64,000 nucleotides of DNA from the human T2T-CHM13v2.0 reference genome, Homo sapiens (GCF_009914755.1 NC_060927.1), one strand, 5' to 3'; positions 1 through 15,090 are shown, numbered from the stretch's first letter. Notes: generated by a model not told the origin, from the sequence alone. A program made the numbers and translations.

Positions 1-271
1 AACTACAGGTCTCTAAACCCAAAGTTTGGGTTTTCCCTTAGATATTATCTTACTTGCTCTTTAAGGAGTACTTGACAATCTCTACTTCTTATAACACTCT
101 GCCTTAATTTTCAAGACATCACATCCAGTTTTCTTCCTACCTTTCTGGATTCCCCTTTTTAGTTGTATTTCTGAGTGCACCTTCTTGCCTTTAAATGCTA
201 GGGTTTCTAAAAGTTTAATCAAAGGTTCCTAATTCAATCTACATTTTGTTTGTAAGAAACCTCATTCATGA

Positions 272-490
272 GAAGTGGCATAACATGGTGATTGAGAATA
301 TTAATCCCTTTTCCAGTCTTCCTTGGTTCAAAATTTAGCTCTGACATCAGTTTTGCCATCATGGCAAAAACTCAGCCTATTTTTGTCTCAGTTTTAATTT
401 AAAAATTTTAATTTAAAATTATAATAGTTCTTATAGGATTGTCACAAGGATTAAATGAGTCCATATTAATAAATCACTAATATAAATGAG
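272..490 (+). mobile_element. MIR SINE fragment
   Basis: ggttcaaaatttagctctg...gtctcagtttt...ataggattgtcacaaggattaaatgag resembles the MIR core and 3' end. Confidence 0.65.
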
Positions 491-1014
491 AGCAGCTTTA
501 GTTACCACATGTAAGTGGCCAGCTCACACTTGATTTTCCCTGGCCTAGACCTCCTTTCTAAACTCGCAACCTACATATCCAACATTTTCCCTTTTATCTT
601 AACTTAAATTTTTCAATAGTATCTCCAACTCAACATGTCCAAAACAGAATTCATTATTTAAAACCCTTGAACATTCCAAGGCTCCCCATCCCAGAAAATG
701 ACATTATAACTCAGAAAAATAGGTGATATCCTCGACACAGGTTTCCCCCCACCACACCCTTCACATCCCTAACCAATCTATCCACAGTGTATCGATATAG
801 CTTTTTACATGTTTCTTGAATCTGTTTTTTTCCTTGCTAATAAATTATATGCCCACTAACCTATTCTAATCTACTTTTATCTCTAATCTTCATGACTGCA
901 ATAGCGTGCTATCTGGGCACCCTGAATCTTTTCTTTTCCCTATTCTCCATGCTATAGCCAGAATCATCTTCTGATTATGTTCTCAAAATTCAGCATAAAA
1001 TGCTTCGTTGATTT

Positions 1015-1359
1015 GGCCCGGCGTGGTGACTCACGCCTGTAATCCTAGCACTTTGGGAGGCCGAGGCGGGTGGATCACGAGGTCCAGAGATCGAGACCAT
1101 CTTGGCTAACACGGTGAAAGCCCGTCTCTACTAAAAATACAAAAACAAAATTAGCTGGGCGTGGTGGTGGGCACCTGTAGTCCCAGGTACTTGGGAGGCT
1201 GAGGCAGGAGAATGGCGGGAACTGGGAGGTGGAGCTTACAGTGAGCCGAAATCGCGCCACTGCACTCCAGCCTGGGCGACAGAGAGAGACTCCATCTGTC
1301 ACAAAAATAAATAAATAAAAATAAAAATAAATAAATAAATAAAAATAAAAACAAAAAAA
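1015..1359 (+). mobile_element. AluY, full length, (A/AAAT)n tail
   Basis: Starts GGCCCGGCGTGG; AluY diagnostics gctaacacggtg and gaatggcg..gagctt; TSD gcttc[g/a]ttgattt at 1002-1014 and 1360-1372. Confidence 0.95.
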
Positions 1360-2292
1360 GCTTCATTGATTTACTATGATTCACGGCAAAGCCTTAAATT
1401 CCTAACATGGCTTATTAATCTTCCCATGGCTGATTTCTTCACGGCCTTATTTCTATCAATTTCTTCATTTTTTGCTCCGTCCTTGCTTTTGATCAATTCT
1501 AAAATAACTCATGCTTCCTTCTGCAGAAGAGCATTTGTGCATTCTTTTCTTCTCCACTTATTTAATTCTTACTATCCATTCAGAGTTCAGCTCAATTATC
1601 ATTTTCTTCTTGAAGCCATTCCTAGTCTCCAGGTGCCATACATAACATCTGCTAATTCATGCATACTTATCAATATGTACCTTTCCTTATTCCACATATT
1701 ATTTTGTAAAATTTACATGTCAAACTATAAAACTTGATTATTGAAAACTTAAAGAGGGCAGGGCCTTCATATGCTTACCATTTTAAGCCCAGGATATATA
1801 CATAGCATGGTTCTTGGGAGAAAGCAGTCAATAAATATTTGCTGAATGGATAATTAGGTAGCAGCAGTTATAGTAATGAGAAACAACTAAAAATATTCTA
1901 TAAGTTATGTGACAAAATGAACCAACTAAGTTTAAGTAACCATCAATATAAGCATAGAGTTAAAATATGTCCAGCCATTAGCCAGAAGGAATACCGAAGA
2001 ACAATCATTTCAGAGTGCTAAGATTGTCAAGCAAACATCAGCCCTTCTGGACCTGTTGGTAAAGGTAAAGTAGAGATCTAACGTATTTAGTGATCTTTAG
2101 ACTTGAAAAGTGGTGGCTGCAATCTTTGTTTTTTGTATGTCCCATGTAAGGGAGAGGAGTTTTTTTGTTTTGTTTTGTTTTTTTCTCTTCCAACATTAGG
2201 TTCATGTTTGAGACCCTTATTACAAAGACAGATTAATAAAAGAAAAGCACACACATTTCTTTAATGTAAGTTTTATGTAACGTGTTAGCCTT

Positions 2293-3374
<1,082 letters not shown>

Positions 3375-4352
3375 GAAACCTATGTATTTTTATGAATAGT
3401 TACTGTGGAAGTTATGATTGGAGGATAAAGGATATGATTTAATGGTAATGGGAATAAACTGGTGGGAACTAAGCAAGGTCTGTTTGTCAGATTCTTTTTG
3501 GCATCTCTATGTCCTAGAAAATAAGGAAGTTCTTTTCCTCTGTGTTATAAAAAGAGTACCTCTAGAATTAAAGCCTACAACCTACTTTAGAGGAAGGTCA
3601 GAAAATGATTTTATGACTTGCTTCAAGGGAGAGGGAGAAGGGAAGGTTAGAGAGACTTTCTGCTGTTTTTCAAATGCCAAGGAGCTGCATTTTTGGGATA
3701 GCATGTCCTGAATTCTATCATCTGACAAAAACAAATTTACTCACAAAAGGTTAGGAGAAAAAAATAGGCAAAAAGACTGTAACAGGCATACTGGAGCCAG
3801 TTAGGAGCACATGATGGAATGGGTTCAGCCATTAGGATGTTTCTCTCTAGAGATCAGTTTGGTCTGCAGACACCTGTAAGCCATTCACTATGCTTTCCAT
3901 AGGCTCTCTGATTCTGGAAAAGGAGATTAAGAGGAAGCAGACAGCAGGAGGTGGGTTATCCTTTATCAGTCTCAGAGATGATAATGTCCATCCCAGCATG
4001 GAACTGATTAGAAGGAGATGCTGAGCAGAGGAAATGACATACATTGAGCAGCATTCTAAGTCTCTCCTGAGTCAGCAGTTCCCCCTCTGGCTTCTTTATA
4101 TAGTTTGAATTAATATTAAAAGGGCATAAAAGTAGACAGAGTAGATAGCAGGTCAAATTTTTGTAATACTAAGACCAAATATCTTAGTCACTCCAAATAT
4201 CTTCCTTATTAAATAATCAGTGAGTTTTAAATCTCTAGCATGGGGCCATTGATTCAAAACTGGCCAGAAATAGATACATTTAACCCACTTTCAACTATAA
4301 TATTGTGTAGGTGAGCAAGAAGATGGTTAAGTATCATAGATTAGCTTTTCTT

Positions 4353-4378
4353 AAAAAAAAAAAAAAAAAAAAAAAAAA
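4353..4378. repeat. poly(A) run (A26)
   Basis: Seen directly. Confidence 0.95.
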
Positions 4379-6629
4379 GACATTTGTGGCAGAAACCAGA
4401 GCCGTAACATTTAGGATTGCATGAGTTTCAGGAGAATGGTAGTTTTGTAGTTTTGGCTGCTGGCATGTGGGGAAAATATTTAACACTGGAATATTAACAT
4501 ATTTAACAAGAATATTTAACACTTGATCATATAAAGAGGGAAAGTGAGAAAATACTAGTGAGATAATGACACACTGAATAGAAGACAAGCAAGGTTTAGC
4601 GGCAGCGAGAAACAACATTGCACGTTTTTTCTAATCATAGGAAATGAGAGTAAGGTAACTACCTTGGATTACCTAGTTCATACTAAATTACCCCCAGTAA
4701 AGCCCTCTACTCATCTTATTTTCCTATTTATGTTTCATTTCCAGAAAATAAACCAACAAAATAAACGTGTTGTTTCTATGAGTATTCCTCATGCATTACT
4801 GCATCATTCCTGGTCCATCTGAAGCTCCCTGTGTTCCAGAAATAATACCTGTGACATGATTGATTCTCATAATCTCCCTTCTAAATAATTGTAATCTTCC
4901 TACATATTTCTGTCGATTTGAAGTTAAGGCACAACCTCCACTAAGCGTCTCTGTAATCTTTGCTTCAAGACAAAATGATTCCTCCCAAATCCTAACTTCT
5001 TGTCTTCCTCAACCAGGTGAACCTCTGTTCCTTGGTTTCACAAATCAAAGGATCTGCATGGATGCTCCTGTTACTGCGCCTCCACACGTGATGTCCTGTA
5101 ATAGAAATTGGTACATATTATTTGAGCCCATGTTTACAGCTCACATGGTTACAAGGCAGCTCTATGTTCTGCTTTCGGGTGATCTTATATTTCATTTATC
5201 TAAGTGAATGCTCTGCAACCATTCAGAATTCAAGAATGTACTTTGTCCCTCAATGAACAAAATGGAATTGGAACACATCTCTTCCCTATTACTGACTGAG
5301 ATTAATTTGACAAATACCCATTAGACCAGCCAACGGCTTGCTCAGTGACTCCTATTTGCTTGAATTTATTTAGCAAAAGACCCTGATCTATCAAGTTAAA
5401 TGCCTTGATAATTCATCAGTTTACAGATAGTCAAGTGCCCTAGCCTATAGCCAGGTTATCAATCTGTGAAAGGTGAACATTTGGGTAACTCATTTAACTG
5501 AGCAAGGTCTAAAGCTTCAAATATTTTAAGTTATTGGAGGCCATGGCTGAGCTGTAATCTTCCCCTTGTCAAATATTACAAACTTACAAGAAGACATTTG
5601 TTTCCATGAACTAACTGAGCTCTAAATAAATGTATTTTCCCCTACAGTTAATTTCTGACTAGGTAATTATTCAGGAGATCTTCATTCTATTATTATATTG
5701 GGTATGCGTTGGTTTGTGCACAGAAATTATGCTGTTTTGACAGCTTTATTATTTTTACTGGTTGGCTTGCAGTGATTTATCTTATAGTACATGAGGAATT
5801 TATTTTTTTAATTGGCTCTGCCTTTCTTTATGAATGTGTTCATGAGACACCATAGCAGTTACGATATTTTCCACCAATTTGGTAATCTTGTAAACAGCAG
5901 TGTTTCTGAAGGGCCTCAGGCAGTTTTGAAAACAGGATTAAAAAGAAAAAGCTAGTGAATTTAGTTTCACCTCTACTGCTTTTCTCACAGTGCCACTGTG
6001 GCATTGCCCTTCACTCTAAATAAAAGATGTAGAGCTATTTGGGCTCAAGGTAAAATTAAATGTAAAAAATTCTGATCAGAAATAAACCTTATAATTTATT
6101 CTTTTAAATTGCATTAGAAACTTACAAAAGAGATGCTCTTAATGGAATAGAATATTAGTTTTATATTGCTGATATTACCAGACAAGCCCTATGCAACTGG
6201 TATCCCAGCACGTTACATCAAAGACCAAAGTTATGACATCTCGGTATTTAACTATTATCTCAGGATGCTTAACTCGGGACCCTGGAATGAACTAGCTTTC
6301 AACTCTTGAGCCAAAATTTAAAAGTTAAATAATTTCATAGATAGGACTGGTTTTCAGGCTTATCAGTTTTCACAGTCTTCAAGCAGATATGGCTTAGTCA
6401 GCTAAAGGCATATTTTTTGTAATCTAAACCTATGTAATAAGGATCTCCAAAATTTATTGCAGTTGCAAAATAGGTAATTCAAGCATTTCTTGACTACCAT
6501 TTTGTTTCACAATAGCTGAAAATATATTAAATAGCTACTCTAAGTTAGGTCTTGATACAATTTAATAATACATGAAATTTCATCCAAAAAGCCAACTACT
6601 TTTAACACAGGGAAATGCCACTTATTAGA

Positions 6630-6920
6630 CTCTCATTCAGCAAATATTTAATAAGCACTTTCTAAGTGCAAAATACTATGTTAGGAGTTTTAGGAGATTC
6701 AAAGATAAAATGTAGTATCCTCGGTGCGTATTTTCATTAAGTCTATTTATGTGTACATTAAAACTGCTATTTAACATAGAAAAAATGCACTTTATGGTAA
6801 TGTCTATAAAGTACTTTGGAAATCCATTGGAAGCAGAGAGAATTTCCAGGATGTAGATTTAGATTTCAGACACAAGAAATGATTGGAAAGGCAAGGCAGG
6901 AGGAGTAAACAGCCTGACTA
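6630..6920 (-). mobile_element. L2 3' end fragment
   Basis: cattcagcaaatatttaataagcactttctaagtgc...ctatgttaggag is the reverse complement of the L2 terminus. Confidence 0.6.
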
Positions 6921-7037
6921 AGTCCTATCTGACATCTAATCAAATGTACTTATGGCCCTCAGGTGACATTTCTAACAGGGTGACCACAAAGTATCTGGAG
7001 GAGGAAATGCAGCAATGCATGGCAGAACGAGGTACAA

Positions 7038-7195
7038 AGTGGCTGTCTCATTAGCTATAGGTTAAAATCACTTGTCTTTAAGCCCCACTTCAGACCAATT
7101 AAATGAAGATTTTTGGTGATAGGAACTGGTTTAGGCATCTTTTTAAAATGCTCTAGGTGATTCAAGTATGTACTCATTGCTGGGAAACACCAACT
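7038..7195. mobile_element. MER5-type hAT-Charlie DNA transposon fragment
   Basis: gccccacttcagaccaattaaatgaaga...ggcatcttttt...ctctaggtgattc...tgggaaacac. Confidence 0.55.
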
Positions 7196-7499
7196 ACATT
7201 CAGTATAGAAAACGCCACCAACTGGCCACAAAATGAAGTTTCAATTTCAAGCATTCCTGCCTTTGAGTCTCGTTTGGCCTGCAATAGCCATCTTTATAAA
7301 GAGAAGAAAATTTAATTTATGTTGTTAAGCCATCTCCTCGTTTCTTCTTCACAACTATAATACTGTTAAACCATACTTCCTGTCATTTAACTGAAAACTT
7401 TAGAACCAAAATAATCATCTTTCTCCCCATCTTTGATTCTGTGACAGTTCTGAAAAAATGCCAGAATTTCTTGGTATCAAATTCCTTGAGTTTTGTTTT

Positions 7500-10145
7500 T
7501 TTATCACAAGTCACCTTTCCCTTCCCTTTGTCTCATGGCCATCCTCTTGAGCTGTGCTGTCATCCCTTGTTTCACCTCGGGAATGATGAATTCAACAATC
7601 CTAGTCTCTAGTGGAAACCTGGCCTTTCTCTCCACTTTCTCAAGCTCCGCTGCAAGAAATTTTTAACTTTACCATTTTGTGTACTCCGGTGAACCTCTCA
7701 TTTTTACTCTACCCATCATCTCATTACTGTCTTCACCTCTGTTCATGTCTAGCTATAACACCATAATAAATCTGTACAATCATTACCTAACACATACTCT
7801 CACCTTCCCAACACCCTTTTCCCTTCCAATTACCAAAAATAACTCTTGAATTAACACCACAATCTGTTTTCTTCACGACTTACTGCAAAAGGTAAACATT
7901 AGTGGAGAAGACTCACATAATCAATGATACTGGTATCATTACGCTTCACAATCTCTAACCAGATCCAGGATTTCAACAGTGTTTTGCCAGATTGCTCTGG
8001 TAATATTTTTCTCCCATTATCTGTAACATATATGTCATGAGATCGAGATGATTCTTAATCTTTAATCTTCCCTCCCTCTCTGTCCATCTCAGAAGATAAC
8101 TTGGCCTCACACATCAAAAATAATTTGTGCACTGACTTTTCTCCCCTCTCTCCACATCATCAATTGCCCCCTGTGAACTGGGCATTTGTATCAGCATAAA
8201 TACGGTGACTCCATTTCCCTTTCCATTTACCTGTCCTTTTAAAGATAAACTCTTCAGACAACTGTTTTTAATTTCTTCAGTTTGATTCTCTCTTGAGCCC
8301 AAACCATTCAGGTTTTCACCAGTTACATTCACTTTATTAAATCCAAGGATGAGTTCTCAGCATCTTACTTGACCTATCAGCAATGTTTGACATCGTTGGT
8401 TCACTTCTTTCTTCTAAAAACACGTTTGTATTTGTTTTCAAGGGCACTACACTGAACTAATTTTCTTCCTTTTTTGAAATCACTGCTCCTTTTCACTCAC
8501 TTTGGTTGCTTGGTACTCATTTTCTTGACCTCAAAAACTTCAAATGCCCCAGATATCAGTCCCTGAATTTGTTCTATCTACACACAATTTCTCAGTGATC
8601 TCATCCAGTCTCGTGACTCTAAATGCCTTCTACACAATGCCTTATAACATTTATACTTTTCAGACTAAACTCTCCTTTAAGCTCTTGACTAATATATATA
8701 ACTCGATACTTTATATATTGACCCAAATATCTAATTGGTATTTTATACTTAACACGAGAATCCACAATCCTCACATTCTCTCTCCACCTGCGTCTTCAAA
8801 ATCCTTCATCTAAATAATGAAGTTTCCAAGCTTGTTAATTCAGCCTAAAATATCAGTCCTCTTCAATCCTATTTTTTCTCACTATCTTCATTCAATTATT
8901 TTCTAAATTCTATATACTTTACTATTAAAACATACCCATAATGTCATTTCATACACTTTAAAAACATATCCAGAATTCTATTTTTATTAAATTTACTACT
9001 GTCACGCTGGAGCAAGCTTGGATTATTTCAATTTTTTAAATTCATCAGTACCTCCAATCCAAAATCCTTTCTAGTTCTTCTTTAAACGGTCTCTTGATTC
9101 AATCCTTGCCTACTTCAGTGTATTTTTAATATGGCAGCCAGAGGCCTTCTGTAAAATATAATCAAAATCATGTTGTTCCTCTCTCTTCATAAACTTCTCA
9201 TGTCTCTGTGTGTCTGTTGGAGTGAAAACTACTCTCTGTGCTGGAACTGCAGAAGCATCCTGTCTCCCTGTTGAATACTTCAGACATATTCTCACATTAG
9301 AGATTTTATACTTACTTTGCTCTAGAATGTCCATCCTCCAGATATTTGCATTACTCTTCATCCCCCTCAAATCTCACATTCTCTGTGAGACCTACTCTTA
9401 TCATCCTATTTAAAAGTAAATCTCCAAAATTCTCTATCTCCATTCCTGATTTTACTTCTTTCCACAGACCTTATCATCTAAAATAGTACATATTTTACAT
9501 ATTTATTTGGAGGGCTATGTGTCTTCCTACCTTCTAATAAAATATAAGGTCAATGTATTAGGGTTCTCGGGAAGGACAGAATTAATTGAATATATATATT
9601 TCTTATATATACTATATATATAAATTAATTGGATATATATATATGTGTGTGTTTATTAAGTATTAACTCACATGATCTCAAAGTCCTACAATAGGCCGTC
9701 TGCAGGCTGAGGAACATGGAGAACCAGTCCGAGTTCTAAAACTGAAGAACTTGGAGTTGGATGTTCAAGGGCAGGAAGCATCTAGCACAGGAGAAAGATG
9801 TCAGCTGGGAAGCTAGGTCAGTCTCTCTTTTCACATTTTTTTGCCTGCTTATATTCTAGCCACACTGGCAGCTGATTAGATGGTGTCCACCCAGATTAAG
9901 GGTGGGTCTGCCTTTCCCAGCCCACTGACTCAAACGTTTATCTCCTTTGACAGCATCTTCACAGACATACCCTGGATGTATATTTTGTATCCTTCAATCC
10001 CATCAAGTTTACACTCAGTATTAACCATCACAGTCAATAATTAAAGAGGATGTTTCCAGTGGATTACTTTTTATGTTCCTATATCCTGAGCAGCTAATGT
10101 GGTGCTGGTACATGATAGGCATTGAATAAAAATTGTTCAGTGAAC
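7500..10145 (+). mobile_element. Long degraded L2 (ORF2 region to 3' end), interrupted by MLT2A1
   Basis: catcttacttgacctatcagcaatgtttgacat (8360), gtgatctcatccagtctc (8596), gcagccagaggccttc (9135), terminus gcattgaataaaaattgttcagtgaa (10120-10145). Confidence 0.75.
9554..10032 (-). mobile_element. MLT2A1 (HERV-L) solo LTR
   Basis: Reverse strand TGTGATGGTTAATACTGAGTG...GAGAACCCTAATACA; perfect 5-bp TSD GTCAA at 9549-9553 and 10033-10037. Confidence 0.92.
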
Positions 10146-10199
10146 ACAAGGATAAAAGCAATCAAACAAAATAGTCATTATGTTATTTTCCTGTCCTCA

Positions 10200-11760
10200 A
10201 ATCTGACCATTTACTTTCATCTGATACCATTCACTTTTACTTTCTTGTTCTCACAAAGAAAAGCTATCTCATCTTCTATCAAAAGACATCCCTCTATAAG
10301 CACTTTGGACCCCTCGCACTGTCTTTCCAAAGACTTGATTCCATTTACCCACATTTTGCATCTACTAAAACATGTCTTTCAAGATGACAACATCCTTTAC
10401 TTTATTCCATGATTTAATAACATTTCCTTGCCCCACATCTCTCTCTAGCTGTTTTCCTAGTTCCCTATGCTCCTTAAATAGATAACTTTCTTCCAATAAT
10501 TGATTATACACTCTTTAATATTCTCATTCTCATTGACTCTTCAAGCACTTTTATTCTTAATTCTGCCTCCCGACTCCACTATATTCTTTCTGGCTGAAGT
10601 CACAAATAAGCCCCAATATATAAGTTTCAATAATTATTAATATAATAGTAACTTTACCATCTATTATTATATGCCCAGTCTGTTCTATACATTAAGATGA
10701 TTAAGATTGTTAGGAAAACAAAAATTACAAAAATATACTCCTTCTAGTACTATCAATAATTTTCTGTGATGGGCAATGTGATTGTCACTGTATACCAGTG
10801 GGGAACTGCTGAATAAAGGGATTAAGTAACCTACTTCACTTTAAACCCGAATTCAGTAAGTGGGGAACCCATTATTTGTACCTAAGTGGTTTAATTTCAG
10901 AGCACTCGTAGAAATTATACTCTATAATTTCTTCTTATTTGCCTAGTGTATTTCGACTTTGGGAGTTTCTTAAATATACTTCACTGATTTGTTCAGCACT
11001 ATCCAAACTATAAATGTTGGAGTTACTTAAAAATTAGTCCTGGACTCTCTTCTTATCACCATCTCGGTACATCTTACTAAATTCGCTTATCTCTGATGAC
11101 ATGCAATACCATCACATTTCCAACTTCTCAATGTAAATGTTCTATACAGATCTCTTTTCTAAACTAATTTAACAACATCCCATCAATCTCTTTCAGATAT
11201 CTTAAATGTATTTTCGAAGTTTAATTCATGATCCCTGCCCACCATTTAAATCCACTTTATCGCTAATATTTCCTATCTCATTTACTGTCACCTGCATCCA
11301 CCCAAATTCTACAGAAAACTGAGTCCCCCTTGATATCTCCTTCTCCCTTGCTTTTTCCTCCCACCTGTTAAAACATCCTCTTGATTCTAATCCAAAATAT
11401 ATTTTGAGTCATCTCCTTCTCCCTGCAACTCTAGCAATTATCTCTTTAGCCTCTTATCTATTTTTCTTGATTCCACTGTTACTTTTCTCTAATCCGTTCC
11501 TTATACAGAAAGCATTCTCTTGTTTAAATTGTTTGATAGTTCCACATTGTCATTGGTGTAAGATTTTTTTTTTCTTAATTTCTACTAGGCTTAAAAGTCA
11601 TATATCTGGCCCCTGCCTACCTCTAGATTTATCTAGTTCCATTCATCTCTTCACTCAGTACACTCCAAGTATACTAGCTTTATTGCAATTCTGCACATAT
11701 TCCATTACACCTGAAGCCATAACTATATTTTCATTCCTCCTGAAGCTATAACTATACTTT
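10200..11760 (+). mobile_element. L2 fragments, interrupted by a MIR
   Basis: atctggcccctgcctacctct (11604), ctataaatgttggagttac...gtcctggactctcttc (11010-11055). Confidence 0.65.
10640..10908 (-). mobile_element. MIR fragment
   Basis: ggggaactgctgaataaagggattaagtaacctac...agtaagtggggaacc...atttgtacctaagtgg. Confidence 0.6.
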
Positions 11761-12624
11761 CTGGTTTATCTGAGTAACTAGCCTTGTATATAAGGCCTTA
11801 GTCCTCAGGACTTTTCTTTGGGAGAATAGCTGGCCCTGAATTATGATTATTATAAATGCACAGACAATTTCATGGAAGCAGAAAAGAATAAGCCTCAGAA
11901 GCTTCCTTTGTCAAGAAATGAAAGTACTTGCAATTAGCATTCAAATAGATGATAAATGTAGAGTATCTGTAGGGTATACAATGATTCTAAATTTAATTGA
12001 CAATTAGCTGTGATTGTGTGACCCTATAAATAAAATTGTAATAAATTGTATTGCATAAATTAAATTTATTAAACACTATTTTTGCTGTATCCTAATATTT
12101 ATTAGTCTATTTAATCACTCTCTGAAATTAGAAAAAAAAGACAGTCTCCATATAACTTCTCAATTTGATAAATGCTCACTTAAAAATAGGTACATGAGGG
12201 AAACAGAGATTGGATGTATTATAATTCAATAGGCCTATACTTTTTAAATGTAATTACTTATATTGGTAATATGTGGAATATGTGCAAAGTTTAAATGGTT
12301 ATTAAGATTTTAATATTAAGGGAGAAGAGTAGGAGATGTTATTAGAATACATAACACATTAGATATTAGAATACATAACACATTAAGAATACTAGTCATA
12401 TCCTTAATAGATGGAATATATCTGTCAGACATAGAAGAGAATCACCAGCACTGTAAACAATAATAAGCTAATTTCAAAATAACAAGAATTAATTTGTCAG
12501 TTTTTCAGAAGTGGTCAACAGATTTCTCTCATAGAAATTCGTCTGTTACAATATGTTAGAAACTGTGAAGGATAGAAGCTGTGAAGAATAGAAGCACCTG
12601 AAAAGCTGTGTTATTCACATTTGC

Positions 12625-12986
12625 TGTTGTAGCCTCAATGTTTGTGTCCCCCCAAATTCATAGATTGACACCTAATGGCCAATGTGATGATTCGGAGGTG
12701 GGCCATTGGGAAGTGATTAGGTCATAGGTGGGGCCCACATGAATGAGATTAGTACCTTTATGAAAGAGGCCCCAGAGGGCTGCTTTGCCCTTTTCCACTA
12801 TATATAGGCATAGCAAGAAGGCACTACTTATGAACCGGAAAATAGACATCACCAGAGACCAAATCTGCTGGTCCTTGATCTTGACCTTCTCAGTCTGTAA
12901 AACCATGAGAAATAAATTTTTGTTGTTGATAAGCCACCCGGTCTAAGGTATTTATTGTGTTACAGCAGCCTTAGCAGAATAAGACA
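12625..12986 (+). mobile_element. MLT1A0-like MaLR solo LTR
   Basis: tgttgtagcctcaatgtttgtgtccccccaaattca...gagaaataaatt...gcagccttagcagaataagaca. Confidence 0.85.
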
Positions 12987-13043
12987 ATATCTTATGACAA
13001 TATAGTACAAGGATTAATGATTATGCTTTAAAAAGTAGTTTTA

Positions 13044-13392
<349 letters not shown>

Positions 13393-14059
13393 TTAAAATG
13401 CGAAGTTTTTATTTCTAAAAAAATACTCTGAATAATAAATCATAGAAGAAATGTTACATAGAACAGGCTTAAAGTTCAGAATGGAAACTAGTGGGTACAT
13501 GAAAGATAGTAAATAAGAGAGCCAATAAAGTAGTAATTCTCCATCACCCCACTTGGTACCCAGGATATATAACTGAAGGACAGAAAAAATATAATTTTAA
13601 AATGACAGGTTTATCAGACATTCATGTGGGATTACTGAATTTAAAATGTGTAGGCAAATCAAAACTTTAAAATAGGCTAATAAATAATTCAATAAGCCAA
13701 AATGATTTCTAACAATGAATTAAAGTTGGAATTGGATATCATCTATAAAATAATAATAAAGACAATCTTTCTTAAAAGTATGTTTTAAAAATAAAAGTGC
13801 AAAGAGGTAAAATTCTTTGGTATTTTCTATTAGAAGTATAGGAAAGACATAGCAAAGAAACAAAATAAAAGCAGAATCCCTATTATTACCAAAAAATGCA
13901 ACCCTTGTGAAAATGAAATAAACACACTAATAATAAAAGATATAAAAATGTTTATGATTTAGAAGAAAAAGGTGAAGGGAGTTTCATTAAGATCAAGAAA
14001 TGTTGGGTGTTATTTTGTATTTGTTTCTAATAACAGGGCATATATTTACCTGTTCTCTC

Positions 14060-14180
14060 ACTAATTTATTTAATATATATTTATTGAGCACTATCCATTG
14101 TCAATATTGCTTGATGATAAGGTCACAGAGATGGAACACAAAATTTGCACGGTCAAGGACTCATAGCCCAGTAAGTAATA
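14060..14180 (-). mobile_element. L2 3' end fragment (target of the left LTR12)
   Basis: atttaatatatatttattgagcactat. Confidence 0.5.
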
Positions 14181-14181
14181 G

Positions 14182-14887
14182 TGAAAGGTGAAGCCGACTG
14201 GGCATCTGGGTCAGCTGGGGACTTGGAGAACTTTTCTGTCTAGCTAAAGGATTGTAAACACACCAATCAGCACTCTGTAAAAACGCACCAATCAGCACTC
14301 TGTGTGTAGCTAAAGGTTTGCAAATGTACCAATCAGCACTCTGTAAAAATGAACCAATCAGCACTCTGTAAAATGGACCAATCAGCGCTCTCTAAAATGG
14401 ACCAATCAGCAGGATGTGGGCGGGGCCAAATAAGGGAATAAAAGCTGGTCACCTGAGCCAGCAGCAGCAACCTGCTCAGATCCTTTTCTACCCTGTGGAA
14501 GCTTTGTTCTTTTGCTCTTCACAATAAATCATGCTGCCGCTCACTCTTTGGGTCCACACTACCTTAATGAGTTGTAACACACACTGCAAAGATCTGCGGC
14601 TTCACTTCTGAAGTCAGTGAGAACAGGAACCCACCGGGAGGAACAAACAACTCCAGACATGCGAACTTTAAGAGCTGTAACACTCACTGCAAAGGTCTGC
14701 AGCTTCACTCCTGAAGTCAAGCAAGACCAGAAACCCACCAGAAGGAAGAAACTAGAGACACATCTGAAGGAACAAACTCCAGACACACCATCTTTAAGAA
14801 CTGTAACACTCACCGTGAAGGTCCGCGGCTTCATTATTGAAGTCAGCCAGACCAAGAACCCACAGGAAGGAATCAATTCCGCACACA
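14182..14887 (+). mobile_element. LTR12 (ERV9/HERV9) solo LTR
   Basis: TGAAAGGTGAAGCC...ggggacttggagaacttttctgtctagctaaagg; six CCAAT repeats; GC box 14418-14426; AATAAA 14523-14528; ends aattccgcacaca; TSD ATAG/ATAA with 1 mismatch. Confidence 0.95.
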
Positions 14888-15090
14888 ATAAAGTTCAGGA
14901 TGGAGAAAAATACACAATTTAAAAAATATTATGAGAGGTATTTTGAAAATTAGAACCAGTCCAGTGTCAGCAGAAAAGATAACTTTTGGGATTTAGAAGT
15001 TTGGTAATTGTTCTTAAAGCTAACTGGAATAGGCTTCTTCATGCCAAGCTAATTGGTAAATATTAAAGGTATGAAAAGGTAATAAAGGCT

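Larger units (their letters stand above)
95..1850 (+). mobile_element. L2 LINE 3' portion, degraded, interrupted by a MIR and an AluY
   Basis: L2-like motifs ctcaacatgtccaaaacagaa (~630), tattctccatgctatagccagaatcatctt (~945) and the 3' terminus tcaataaatatttgctgaatg (~1830-1850). Confidence 0.75.

Noticed and set aside
4353-4378. Poly(A) as the tail of a processed pseudogene
   Set aside because: No TSD, no nearby upstream AATAAA and no mRNA-like body
4990-5110. Possible exon boundaries (+ acceptor at ~5018; - acceptor at ~5097)
   Set aside because: No convincing partner donor or reading frame found
14250-14410. Regularly spaced CCAATCAGCACTCTG units resembling a CRISPR-like array (also 15100-15225 and 16140-16365)
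   Set aside because: These are the known LTR12 U3 enhancer repeats; there are no unique spacers and no cas genes
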